A DNA stretch of 64,000 nucleotides from Callorhinchus milii (taxonomy: Eukaryota), in assembly GCF_018977255.1 (NCBI RefSeq), contig NW_024704742.1:76076001-76140000 (forward strand), in the 5' to 3' direction. This document shows positions 13,901-26,641 of this stretch, piece after piece. How positions within the stretch are numbered: position 1 is the first letter of the stretch; each line of letters begins with the position of its first letter. A program made the position numbers and the translations under genes. The notes beneath the pieces are model-generated. The model did not search any database. It was given only the letters and a program-made list of their open reading frames with translations, and was not told the origin of the DNA.

Positions 13901-16542
13901 ATTTGTGGGCGAAATGCGGCATCCAATGGCGCACAGCAGTGTCCCACAAACAGTCGTGGACTGAAATGACCAATTGTTTTTTTACAGCCCATCCATCTAG
14001 TAGAAGGCAAACTAGAAAAATGGAAATTTTGACAGTAATTAATTCTGTATGGATTAGTCTACAACAGTGTGGAAAGCTTTAAGAACTTTAGACCCAAAGT
14101 TGCCTGGTTCTTCCAAGCATATTACGCTTACCATATATCATGTCTCAAATGACTTGGATAGTAAAGTAAGAATTACTCGCACAGTACTTATACAGTAAGA
14201 ATTAACTCACAATAACAATAGCCCATCCATCTGCTTAACAAATACGTCAATTCATTTTACAGTATATTCTGTAAATATACATCACCAGCTTTCAAGCCTA
14301 CCCAAGACAGGAGAGGCAATATCTTTAAAAATCCTGAAACAGAACGTTAATTCCATCATATAGTGTAATTATCATTTCAAGAATGTACCTTTTCCTTTCT
14401 GCTCCTCCACTGCAAATACCAAATATTATCCTGCCTGTGTGCATATGCTAATTTAAATTATTTCATCAGGAAATGAAAATAGGAACCAGTATTTCTACAC
14501 TGCTCTTTTTTTTACTGAAGTACAATTTAATAATCAAATTTTAAACTCATACCCAGGCAGGTCTAGGCAAAACAGTGAGAGCATCTGCAATACACCTATG
14601 AGAGTAGTAAAACACTATTGCATTTAAGTTTTTACTTCCTTCTAGTTTATGTATGTCTAGGTCTATTTTGCCACGTGTGAATCGCTTTTGTGTTCCTCTG
14701 CCAAATTCCCAACCCAGTTTCCTGCGGATATCCAACCTGTTCCCCTTCCTCTCTTTCTCACGCCTCTCCTTCCACCATCACTTTTGAATCCTTGAGGTCT
14801 GAAATAGCTAAATTCAGAACTGTGAGCAGAGTAACTTTCATGGTGCAGCATTAATTCAATAGTATTTCGCCCACAAAATACACAGTCAATCTATTTTGCA
14901 GTATACTCTGTGAAGCGCTTTGAGACGTCTCAACAACGTGATAAGGCACTGTATAAAATGCAAGTATTATTATTAAATATCTCGACCTTTACATATGAGT
15001 GGTTTGGGCATAGTACATGTGATATCACCTTAATTTAGCCTCAGATCTGTGTCAGGTCCCTGACCTTCAGCAGAGATTGCAAGTGTACTTGAACACAAAG
15101 GGGTTATTTCATTCCCTTGGGTAAAAATACCAGACTTTCCAAGATAAGTTTTTAAAAACATCGGTAAATTGGCTACATCTAGACAAATGGGATGGAAAAT
15201 AACACACGCACTTGGCACACATCAGTGTACACCGGGTGTTGGCTAGTGCAGAACCTGAACCCAGTTTAACTTTGAACTTTGAAATCCACCTCGATCCAGT
15301 TACCATCCGCAGCGCGTTTACATCCAAACCGTGGCACAGCCCAAACCACAAGCTGCGTTCAGTCTCAGGCCAGGCTGTGAGGGAGGGAGGAGGGTGGGAG
15401 GACAAGTTTGCTGCTGTACCTGTGGACACGCTCCAGTTCCCGGGCCGCTAGGAGCAAGCGCACCGTAGTGGACTCGGAATCAGAAAGACGCCTCATGTGC
15501 AATCCTCAAACTTGTATTTAAAGCTCAAAAAAAAGTGAGAAAAGCGATAGAAAGTGGCTTCAGGTGATCATCTCTCTGGAGTTGGAAACGCAATGACAGC
15601 GTTTAATCCATATTTATGTCAGGATGGGCAGAGCTATGTATAGCGATGGATTAGATTAAGCACATCTGGCCGTTTGACTAGGGCTCTCTCTAGGCGGTTA
15701 TATTAATATCTACTTACTGTAGTAGGAGGAAATCCCCCGATCGCTTCCTCTCCCCCATCCCCTCCAATGTGTACTACACTAGTTTGAATGAGCTCCCACT
15801 CACAGGCAGGAACCAGTTTTTGTGCATGTGAAAACAAGCCTCCTGTTAGCGGATGCAAACTGCACCAGCTGATGATAAGAATCTGGGAATCTCGGTGGCT
15901 AAGCTATCCTTAGCTTATTGCAAGATTGTGTAAGTTGGACTGTCTCTGAACTGAAAGTAGTCTTCCTTTTCTCTCTCCCCTCCTCTCTCTCATCACACCC
16001 AGTGCTCAGGCATTGCTGTGTTGTTACAGCAATGGGCTGAAAATCATCACCACATTGACTCAAATGCGATCCCAATTGGAGTAATAAAACTCTTTTCTCT
16101 CTATCTCTGATGCTGGCAAGGGGGTCGGAAATTGGTTAAAAGGTAGCATTGTCTGCAGGGGAAAAATACGATTTTTAAAAAAAATAGTTCATATAGATAA
16201 GATGTTTAAAAGGATAAGGTGTTAAAAAGATAAGGCGAGATTTTTTAAAAAAACAACTAACAAATGTCATTTGTTGTTTTTAACCCCAAAACACACACCT
16301 GATCCCTGGCAAGTGCTGTGTGACAGGATCCGGTTTATGATCAGATGAGAAATGGCACGAATGGGAAATGTGTTTTAAGGATAAAATGATACAAATCAGA
16401 TCGATCCCTCGATCCCCCTGTTTTTGGGGGAAGATAAATACATCAGATATTGGGAATCAAATGCGATTGTGCTGAACCGCTTTGAAGGGGGAAAAGTTGA
16501 TTTGAAAATCAATGCAGAATCTTTATAAACCAGCAGGTTTAA

Positions 16543-17121
16543 GTCCAACTCCCTGACACAATCCAACTCCCTGACACAGTTCAAACACCTGACACAGTCC
16601 CACTCCCTGACACAGTCCAAACACCTGACACAGTCCCACTCCCTGAAACAGTCCAAACCCCTGACACAGTCCAAACCCCCGACACAGTCCAAACCCCCGA
16701 CACAGTCAAACTCGCTGACACAGTCCAAACCCCTGACACAGTCCCACTCCCTGACACAGTCCAACTCCCTGACACAGTCCAAACCCCTGACACAGTCCAA
16801 CTCCCTGACACAGTCCAACTCCCTGACACAGTCCAACTCCCTGACACAGTCCAAACCCCCGACACAGTCAAACTCCCTGACACAGTCCAAACCCCTGACA
16901 CAGTCCAAACCCCTGACACAGTCCAACTCCCTGACACAGTCCAAACCCCCGACACAGTCAAACTCCCTGACACAGTCCAAACCCCTGACACAGTCCAACT
17001 CCCTGACACAGTCCAAACCCCTGACACAGTCCAAACCCCTGACACAGTCCAAACCCCTGACACAGTCCAACCCCCTGACACAGTCCAAACCACTGACACA
17101 GTCCAACTCCCTGACACAGTC
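16543..17121. repeat. 18-bp minisatellite, about 32 copies (gtccaaacccctgacaca / gtccaactccctgacaca)
   Basis: Directly visible tandem array. Confidence 0.97.
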
Positions 17122-19559
17122 AAGGTCAAGTTGTGTCATGTGTGTGTTTAGCAGCAATCTTGTCTTGAGAAGCCTGGCAGCCAAAGTGCTGTGTATAAAT
17201 GAATGGACCTTTCTTATATTGCTGCAGGGGAAACATCTTCAGACTTCACTCACAGCGATCGCGGTGTTGTACTAGACACAGAGAGTCACTGATAATAACA
17301 TAGGATAGCTGCGAGTAAATAACATTTACTTTCTAACCATTGTACGTGACCCTGGGCACTGGGAAATCACGGTGACAGAGTGCCCATGCCTATCTACTAT
17401 TTCTACAGTTGAAAAAGTAAACGTGCGCCTAGTTTACAACTGTAAGCCATTGTGTTGGGTGTATTAACTGAAAAGGGATAGTCTCATTTGTGTATATGTG
17501 TGACTGTAAATAGGGGCAGTCTATAGCACTGTACATGTATAGAACTGGTGTGTGCTGTCAGTGGGTGTTGTGTTGAGGGGGTGCATTAATGCGTGTACAA
17601 CAGTGTATTGCTTTGCGGATTCATTTGTGACATTTCATAACAGTACTGATATGATGTTATGAAATGTTGCAAATTTATCCCCTTTGTATGTGTAGGTAGG
17701 TTATGTGTGTGTGTATGTGTGTGTAGATGATTATGTGTGCGGGTGTGGAGGAGGGGGGGGAGGATTATTTGTATCTGTGTGGGGGGGGGGAGGATTATTT
17801 GTGTGTGTGTGTGTTGGGTGGGGGGTGTTTGTAGTGTTTGTTTCATCTGTAGTGTAATGACCTTGTGCAGTTCTACTGTGCGGGAGAGGAGAGTGCATGA
17901 GGTTAGGTTCTTTCTGAATGATTTCATAGATTCATAGAATTATAATAATAATCCTTGCATTTGATATAGCGACTTTTCACATCTTCTAGACATCTCAAAG
18001 CGCTTCGCAGAATATACTGTAAAGTGAATTGACTATAATTGTGGGCGAAACGTGCAAGGCAGTGTCCCACAAATAGTTGTGGATTCAAGTGACCAATTTA
18101 TTATTTTTTTCTTGAGGGATTACTATCAGGCGTGTGAAGTAAGGAAACTTGCCCAAAGTTTCGCCCTGCTGGAAATCGAACCAGGTCTCTCGCTAGCAAG
18201 GCAAGTGCTTTAACCACTGAGCTACAGGACCAATTATGCAACACAGAAGGAGGCCATTTGACTATCCAAGAGCTATCCAAATCAATCCCACTCCCCCGCG
18301 CTCTCCCCATAGCTCTGCAAACGTGCTCTCCCCAAATAATCATCTAATTTGAAGAAGGTTGACCCAGAGAGAGAACGACCCGGGGTCTGAGTGGGTGTAT
18401 ACATGACTACATTGGGTAGAAATTCCATTGTAGTTTTTACTCATTTTTCTCAGTTCTTCAGATCGTCTCAAAATATGGCCCATACTTCGAAACAGTCTTC
18501 AGTTAAAATAAATAATAATAAATAATAGAAATAAATAAAATAAAAATAAATAAGAAATAATAGAAATAACAAAAAAAACAAAGAAACATTAGCTTTCAAG
18601 TGGGACTGAATTTGACAATCTTACCAAATTCCGGATGATCTGAAATGCTAATAAATCAGAAGAAATCGTGACCCAGAGTAAATTTGTGCCCCCAATATAG
18701 CCATTACCTTGTCGTTTTCTCTAAGGAACATCCTTCCTTCCCCCAAATAAAAGCATCCAGCCATCCAGCTATCATCATTCCAGGCAGGGCGAAACCTTGG
18801 GCAAGTTTCCTTACTCCACCCGCCTAATAATAATCCCTCCAAAAAAAACAATAATAAATTGGTCATATTCAATCTACGACTGTTTGTGGGACATTGCTGT
18901 GCGCAATTGGCTGCCGCGTTCGCCCACAAATATGCAGTCAATTCACTTTACAGTGTGTTCTGTGAAGCGCTTTGGGACGTCTTTCCGACGTGAAAAGCGC
19001 TATATCAAATGCAAGGATTATTATTATTATTATTATGCACTGCCCTCATCCCCGCCCTGTATGAGCCTCCTGCAGCCCAGACAGAGATGGGTGTCTCACT
19101 GTGGCAGCCGCCCGGACAGGAGCCGCTCTCTGTGGAGCAGCAGCAGGAGCCGGGGGTGGGGTGGGGTGGGGTGGGGACATGTTGTTGTGAAGTCCTCACT
19201 TTCTCCCCCCCCCCCCCCCCACCCCAGTCACAGACACATGTTGGGCTATGGCGCCCTCAATAGTAAGAGGCAGAGCTTGGAAGTATCTGTTGAGATTGTT
19301 TTCCACCACCATCACCTGGTAATCCCCCCCCCACCCCCACACACACACACACATACACACACCACTGACATTAACCAGCACCGACATACCGGTCAGAGGC
19401 AGACACGGGGGGGGGGGGGGGGGCTCTGACACCACTTGCGGTTTGGAGGGCAGAGGTACATGCTGGAGGGGGGGAGGGGGGGGGCTGTGTGCATCTGACC
19501 CCTCCACCCCTTCCATTGCAAGTGCGCGGTACAAACATCCCGAAAGAATAGCAGCACCG

Positions 19560-19982
19560 CCCGCCCTGTGCTGCCCTGTGCTGCCCTGCCCTGTGATGCC
19601 CTGCCCTGTGCTGCCCTGTGATGCCCTGCCCTGTGATGCCCTGCCCTGTGATGCCCTGCCCTGTGCTGCCCTGTGATGCCCTGCCCTGCGATGCCATGCC
19701 CTGCCCTGTGCTGCCCTGTGATGCCCTGCCCTGTGCTGCCCTGTGATGCCCTGCCCTGTGCTGCCCTGCCCTGTGATGCCCTGTGCTGCCCTGCCCTGTG
19801 CTGCCCTGTGATGCCCTGCCCTGTGATGCCCTGCCCTGTGCTGCCCTGTGATGCCCTGCCCTGCCCTGTGCTGCCCTGCCCTGTGCTGCCCTGCCCTGTG
19901 ATGCCCTGTGCTGCCCTGCCCTGTGATGCCCTGCCCTGCCCTGTGATGCCCTGCCCTGCCCTGCCCTGTGCTGCCCTGTGCT
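19560..19982. repeat. Compound pentamer satellite (gccct / gtgat / gtgct units)
   Basis: Directly visible; source of the multi-frame QGRA/ALPC ORFs. Confidence 0.95.
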
Positions 19983-20900
19983 CTCGCCCCCCAGCGATTG
20001 AAGAGATGCAAACACGTGGCAGCGGAGTGATGAGCATCAACACCACCCAACTCTATTGTCCTTCCTCACGTTCACAGGAGCCCACGGCCGCGGCCCCCAG
20101 TGAGGAGCATCTCCACTGAGGCACTGAGGCACTGAGGGACAGGTCTCTCTCTCTCTGTCTCTTTGTTACCGGCATCTGCTGTGGTGTCTCTCTGCTCCGG
20201 GTTTAGTGCAGAGGCGATCTCAAGCTCTCCCTCTCAATCGGATCGCTTTTTAAAATGTTTCACACTCCCCCCCTCCCCCCCCCCCCCCCCACACACACAC
20301 ACACACAAGTAACTCAAAACACTAACCACGTTTGCAACGCTGTCATCTACTTTCTCTCTGTGTCTCTCTCTCACACACACAGACACACACACACACGGGG
20401 TGAGAAGCGAAGCGCCGACGGGTCGGGTTGAGCGCTGCGCCTTGTGTCGGAACAGCAGCAAAAGCGACTCGGATCTCTGAAGGGACTCTTTTTCAAAAGT
20501 CTCCCAACTCTCTGCCCTCCCGCTTCCATCTTACCTCGGACTGGATCTGCGCTGCAGCCGCTGGTCAGTCTGGGTGGAAGTGGTCAAAATCCCAGGGAGA
20601 GGGGGAGAGGGAGAGGGAGGAGGGAGGGAGGGAGAGAGGGAGGGAGGGAGGGAGAGACAGTGAAAGCCCCGACCAGCTTTCTGACCCTTGGAGTCGGCAA
20701 GACTTTCACACCATGAGGCTGTGGCTACAAGACGAGCATTTCCTTCCCCTCCTCCTGAGACTGTGGGCTTGTGACTCAGAGAGGACGCCGAACTCACTCA
20801 CTCACTCACTCACTCACTCACTCGGTCGGTCAGTGTGTGTGTGTGTGTGTGGCTGCTTTGTGTCTGTGAGTGAGAGTGGGTCAGGGAGTGAGTGAGTGAG
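19980..20900. promoter_or_regulatory. CpG-enriched, GC-rich putative SLC4A4 promoter region
   Basis: Many CpGs (e.g. gaagcgccgacgggtcgg, gcgctgcgcc) against a CpG-poor background; (GGGA)n purine tract at ~20595-20655; flanked by microsatellites. Confidence 0.5.
20535..20800 (-). other. SLC4A4: Candidate non-coding first exon (5' UTR) of SLC4A4; 5' boundary uncertain
   Basis: Strong minus-strand donor CCGAG|gtaaga at 20535/20534 within a CpG-enriched region upstream of the acceptor-led coding exon; mammalian NBCe1-B also has a non-coding exon 1. Confidence 0.55.
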
Positions 20901-21260
20901 TGAGTGAGGGTGAGAGAGTGAGTGAGGGTGAGAGTCAGTGAGTGAGAGAGTGAGTGAGTGAGTGAGGGTGAGAGTCAGTGAGTGAGAGTGAGTGAGTGAG
21001 TGAGTGAGGGTGAGAGAGTGAGTGAGGGTGAGAGTCAGTGAGTGAGAGTGAGTGAGAGAGTGAGTGAGGGTGAGAGAGAGAGAGTGAGTGAGGGTGAGAG
21101 TCAGTGAGAGTGAGTGTGAGAGTCAGTGAGTGAGAGTGAGTGAGAGAGTCAGTGAGTGAGTGTGAGAGTCAGTGAGAGTGAGTGAGAGTCAGTGAGAGAG
21201 AGTGAGAGTCAGTGAGAGAGAGTGAGAGTCAGTGAGTGTGTGAGAGAGAGTGAGAGTGGG
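20884..21260. repeat. Compound (GAGT)/(GA) microsatellite; inverted (CACT)n at ~20792-20823
   Basis: Directly visible. Confidence 0.95.
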
Positions 21261-24200
21261 TCTGTCTGTGTTGTGAAATGTGTTGAGTTACAAAGCAGCT
21301 TCACTTTCCTCATTTAAAGTGTTGCCCTTCCAACACGTCACTGGCCGAAAGGGGGTTGGCAAGACCAGAGTGGTGGTGTGTGTGTGTGTGTGTGTGTGTG
21401 TGGTGGTGGTGGGGGGGGGGAGGAGGGGGTTCAAAGTGTTGCAATCTTTCCTACAATGTCTTCTCCTCTTGTTTTCAGTCACCAATAGGATCGATCAGGG
21501 TTATAAGTCGCTCATATCAGCTGTAGACGGTGAGGACTCAACAGCAGACTATACAATCCCCCCCTCACACACCCCCCACCCCCCACTGCAAATCCCTCCA
21601 CTCCGCGAAACCTGCAACTTGTAAAATGCAGGAAATCACACCTTGTGAAATAAAATCACATAAAAGAAAAGTCAAGTGCAACGTATGAAATGTGCCAATA
21701 AAGCCACGAGATTGTGGTTCTGGGGCCGGTTTCGCTTCTCCTTTTTTAATGCTTTCCAATTTCGACACGAACCTTCAAAACTCTGCCACTCGCCTGGAAG
21801 TTTATTCAGCTCTTAAGTTCACTGGAGAAGCCACGAGATGCAATGTTCCCCACACCATGGCCATCAATTTCTGGCAACGGTCCAGATCTCGAGCAATGCA
21901 CACGAAAAAACAAATGCCATTTATAAAAAAACAAATGCCATTTATAAAAACAAATGTATATGTTGTTTCTGATGGAGTTGACCCTTTGAATACGATCGTG
22001 ATAAAAGTGGCTGTGAGGTTTGGGAGATGCACACACTGTTTTGCAGCCCAGGAGCACAGCAAATAGAGGACAAGTGCTGCATTTGAACAGATTGCCTTTG
22101 GCTCACAGCGCCCTCTTGTGTGGTTAGACCCGTCCTGGTATCTCTGTGGCACACATTATACGCTGCAAAATAAATAACAATCCCTACATTATTGGTAGCG
22201 ATTTTCACACCGGACTGTGTCTCAAAGTGCTCCATTTGGATACACTGTGAAGTGCAGTGACTGTATATTTTGTGGGTGAATGCGACAGCCAATTTGCACG
22301 CAGCAATGTCCCACAAACAGCCATGTTTACCTGAATTTTATCATATTCATAATCATAGAATTATACAACGCAGAAAGAGGCCATTCGGCCCATCGGGTCT
22401 GTGCCGGCTCTTTGAAAAGAGCTTCCCAAACCAATCCCGCTATGGAATCATAGGATTATATTTTATTTTGTATGTATAATATAATATAAATAACATTTAT
22501 TTATAATAGTTAGATATTAATATTATCATATTTAGAATGTCCAATTTAATCTGGGATATTGTTGGCCAGGACACAGAGATAAACTCCCTTCTCCTTTCGA
22601 ATAGTTCCATGGTATCTTTAATATCCACTTGAACATCCTCCGCCTGAGGGGTGCTATATAAATTCAAGTTGTTGTTGTTGAACAGGCAGACATGACCTTA
22701 TCCAATCATCTTATCTGAAGCACAGCACCTCTGACATCTGAAAATATAGTTCTGTGTTTGCTTTCTTTAGCATGTAAATCAGCCCCTGGAACAAATTATC
22801 GGGAAGATTGAAAGGACATTGGACTCATTTAAGAAGCAACTTGACATTGCAATGACAAGAAAGGAGGGTTAGTATTCTGGGAGGATAAGATTAAATGGAC
22901 CAAAGGGTCTTCTTCATTCAAAACTCTCTTGTGAATATGTGTTAAGCCCAAAGGAATCTTAGCAAGCGTTTTAAAAAAAAGTTTTTAAAGTAAAACTTTT
23001 AAAACTGCAACACTATGTGAAATCGGATTTCATTATTGGCAAAATCAGTTGCAATTGTGAAGTGACAGAAAGTTACGTAGCCCCCTATTTTTCCAATTAA
23101 TGCTCTTTTCTCAATAGGTGGTGGACAAAGATTTCCTGCATGGTTTGTTTATATTTGTCTGATTTATTGTTCCCCTTTTTGTACAATGCAGACATGCGTG
23201 TGTGCATTTCTTGGATAAATTGGTCATTCATTTTATGGCTCTTTGTGGGCCATTGCTGTATGCAAACTGGCCGCCACATTTGTGTACAAAACAGTCACTA
23301 CATTTAACAGTAAATCATGCAAAGCCTTTATAGACATTCTCCCAACATCAAGCTCTCCAAGACACTGCCCCATGTGAACATAAGTCATAAGAACAAAAGA
23401 ATTAGGAGCAGGAGTAGGCCATTCGGCCCCTCTAGGAAGAGATCTATACAAATGTAAGTTGCTATAGTTCTTGTTGAAAGGCCCTACGGCAAATGGAGGG
23501 ATTACTTTTTATGTTTAGTAATAAGGTGGACACAAAATATATAAAATAATAATTCTCACCTTTCAAAAATGGAAAGCTACAGAAATGCTGTAGAAGGCTG
23601 CTGGAAAAGCCCGAAACTTCCTCTTGTCTTTTCTTGTTTCTGTAGGAAAGACTCTGGTTAGGAGTAAGAAAGGCTAAAATCTTTTAGGAAGTGTGGGATT
23701 TGACACTTCAGAGTTTATAAACCAAAGACTTTTCCAGCAGTCGATTCTTTTCATAAGACCCTTTTGTGAATAACAGTAATGTGAGGAATCTGTCATTTGG
23801 ATAGTTGGTGGAACACCTGATTCACAGTCCAAGAACTGAAAATTCCACCCAGTCATAGCTTTTAATACCATTTTGGGTTGTTAAATTCACGTAGACTTGT
23901 GGACATGTTGTGTGATGTCCTCCAGCACAACATGCTGGATATAATTCCCGGATGGGTTGAAACGTCAGGCAAGTTTTCTTACTCCGCACACCTCTGTTAA
24001 CCTAGCAGTAAGTAGGAATCCAGTTGTTAGTCAATTGGCAGATTGCTTTTCCAGAGGTAATGATCCCTTCAAATTTTTAAAAAATATATAATAATTTGGT
24101 CACCCAATCTACGACTGCTGTGCAAAATTGGCTGTCATGTTTTGCCCACGAAATATACTGCCAATTCACTTCCCAGTATATTCTGTGAAGTGCTTTGAGA

Positions 24201-24405
24201 CGTCTTGAAGACGTGATCAGGCGCTATATCAAATGCAAAGATATTATCATTTTTATATAAAGTGTATTTTGTAGACAAGAGTAATTTGCAATTATTATTA
24301 CTATAAAAACAAGACAAAGACTAGCAGCATAGAACATCTTCATTGAAAAGCAAGTTTTCTGCAGAGCTTATAAAGAATTAGTTTATAAATGAAAACTGAA
24401 TTTTA

Positions 24406-24476
24406 ATTGTGCAGAATTATTGAAATATTCTTAAATTAAAACTGAATTTAAGAATATTTCAATAATTCTGCACAAT
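24406..24476. repeat. Perfect AT-rich palindrome with 32-bp arms and 7-nt spacer
   Basis: attgtgcagaattattgaaatattcttaaatt-aaaactg-aatttaagaatatttcaataattctgcacaat. Confidence 0.9.
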
Positions 24477-26609
24477 CTTAAATTTTAAGGTAAAATGGAC
24501 TTTGAAGGTTGGAATTTCGGGCCTTGTGTCTGAAGGAAAGAAGAAGAAAGAGCGTTCCTGTAGTGCTGGACTTTACACAACCGTAGAATAAATGGTGTTC
24601 TCCACGTCCTTGGGGGAGAGGGAAACGGGGTCTCCTCAGAGCTAAACTGTCTCCAAAGTGACATATTTGGCAATGGAATATCAGAATCGAGCCAACCCTT
24701 TGTAGAGGTCTCAGTGGTCCAGTTTTTGAGCTGTAGTACTCCAGAGCACTGCTGATGACAGCACAGTCCTGGTTCATCAGCAAGACTTGGAAGGGCACAC
24801 CAGTTACTGGGGACTGGGAATCTTCCAACTCAGCTGCCCTTAACCCCGCAAGCCAAAGCCCTAATGGGTAGGATGGTCCTAGCTGGACAATCAGCAGAAA
24901 AGCTTGGCAGACAGTGCTTTCAATGGCAAGCTGAGTGATTTTAGCTGGTTAGACCCCAGCAGTACCCCAACACAGACTCTGGGGACCTTAGCTTTGGCTC
25001 TTGCCAACCAGCACTTAATATTTTCTGGAATTAGGTAAGCAGGATGTGATCCTCCAGACAGAGAGTGTGCATTCCATTCCAAAAAATATTTCTGGGATTT
25101 TCATGTGTAGATGGGATTCATGGAATTCTCAATTTGGTTTGGATACTCTTAAACACTGTGATGGGTTTCCACATGCGTTGGACATTCGGCTGACCAAAAA
25201 AAAACCGAGTCTGTAACCACTGAGCAAGCGTATGCAAGGGTACATTAGCCCATTAAGTATTTGTTTAGGTTTATACTGCAAGTGAATTGTGCTTGGTGTA
25301 AGCCGAGCACTTTGTTTACTCTATTGAAATTTGGTTCAAATCAAATAAGTAGTTATGTAAGTCTGTGTTGCAATGACCCAGAAAATAGCCACAAAGTGAA
25401 TGACCAATTAACTGCATGATTCTTGGACACTGAGAAAATCTCCTTTCTCTTTTCAAATAGTACCATGGGATGAATAATACCCACCTGAACAGGCAGATGG
25501 GACTCATCTTAACATTTCACTTGAAAGAGTGAAATAGCCAGTGCAGCACTCTTCCAGCATTACACTGAAACCTCAGGCTAAACTATGGGCTCAAAGCCCT
25601 AATAAGGTTTCTGTGAGCCCTAGAGTGAGTAATGGTCGAGAATATCAATAACGTTGTATTTTGTGGGCGAACGTGGCAGCCAATTTATGCATAGCAATGT
25701 CCCACAAACATTGCAATGATTGAAACAAATTACCAATTTCATTTGGGGGATTGTTGGCCAAGACACAGTGAGAAAATCACTTTCCTTTTTGAATAGTGCC
25801 ATGGGATCTTTAACGTCCACCTGAACAAGCACGCGGGGCCTTGCATTTCATATAATAAACCTTGCATTTAATGTAGTGCCTTATCACTTCATCAAAATTT
25901 CTCAGAGCACTTCACAAGATTTACATAATGTAGTAACTGCTCATATGTACTGCTCTGGTTACTCACATCTAAAGGTGAAAATTCTTCTCTATCCTCTGCA
26001 GCTTCAAACTTGGCAATTCAGACTTTCCCAGTGCTGCTCTTTAAACCACTGAAGCCCTGATATACAAGCTTGATTGCTCCATTAAAATACTTTAAGCACA
26101 TATGACACTACCGCTGCACAACCTAATAAAATGAAATGCATTCTAGTATATCTTGTTCTCTGTCATTTTAATTGTGCTGAAAATAAAGATCTGTTATAAT
26201 CCTTGCACTTGATACATCTCAAACCCATGTGAAGTCCGGTAACTGCATTTATAGGCAAATGCTGCAGCCAGTTTGTGTGCAGCAAAGTCTTGCATAAAGC
26301 TATAATAATAATAATATCCTTGCATTTGATATAGCGCCTTATTAAGTCTTCTAAATGTCTCAAAGCGCTTTACAGAATATACTGTAAACTGACCAAATTA
26401 TTACTAATATATATATATTTTTGAAGGGTTTATTACCCACGGAAAAGCAATCTGCCAATCAACTAACAACCGGGTTCCTACTTACTGCTAGGTAGACAGA
26501 GGCTCGTGGAGTAAGAAAACTTGCCCAGCGTTTCGCCCTGTCTGAGAATCGGACTCGCATCCTCTTGCTTGCAAGGCAAATGCTCTAACCAGTAAGCTAC
26601 AGGACTGCC

Positions 26610-26641
<32 letters not shown>

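Noticed and set aside
14300..14850. Possible alternative SLC4A4 exon or conserved element
   Set aside because: Unique sequence with donor-like motifs but no recognisable protein similarity; cannot be supported without alignments.
16543..17121. CRISPR-like array
   Set aside because: Contiguous tandem units with no unique spacers, eukaryotic context and no cas genes.
19196..20119. Long ORFs rich in QGRA/ALPC repeats
   Set aside because: Open in many frames on both strands because of a stop-free pentamer satellite.
21904..21958. Short local tandem duplications (also ~9800-9960, ~10040-10080, ~31068-31092, ~50764-50808)
   Set aside because: Ordinary slippage duplications with no sign of function.
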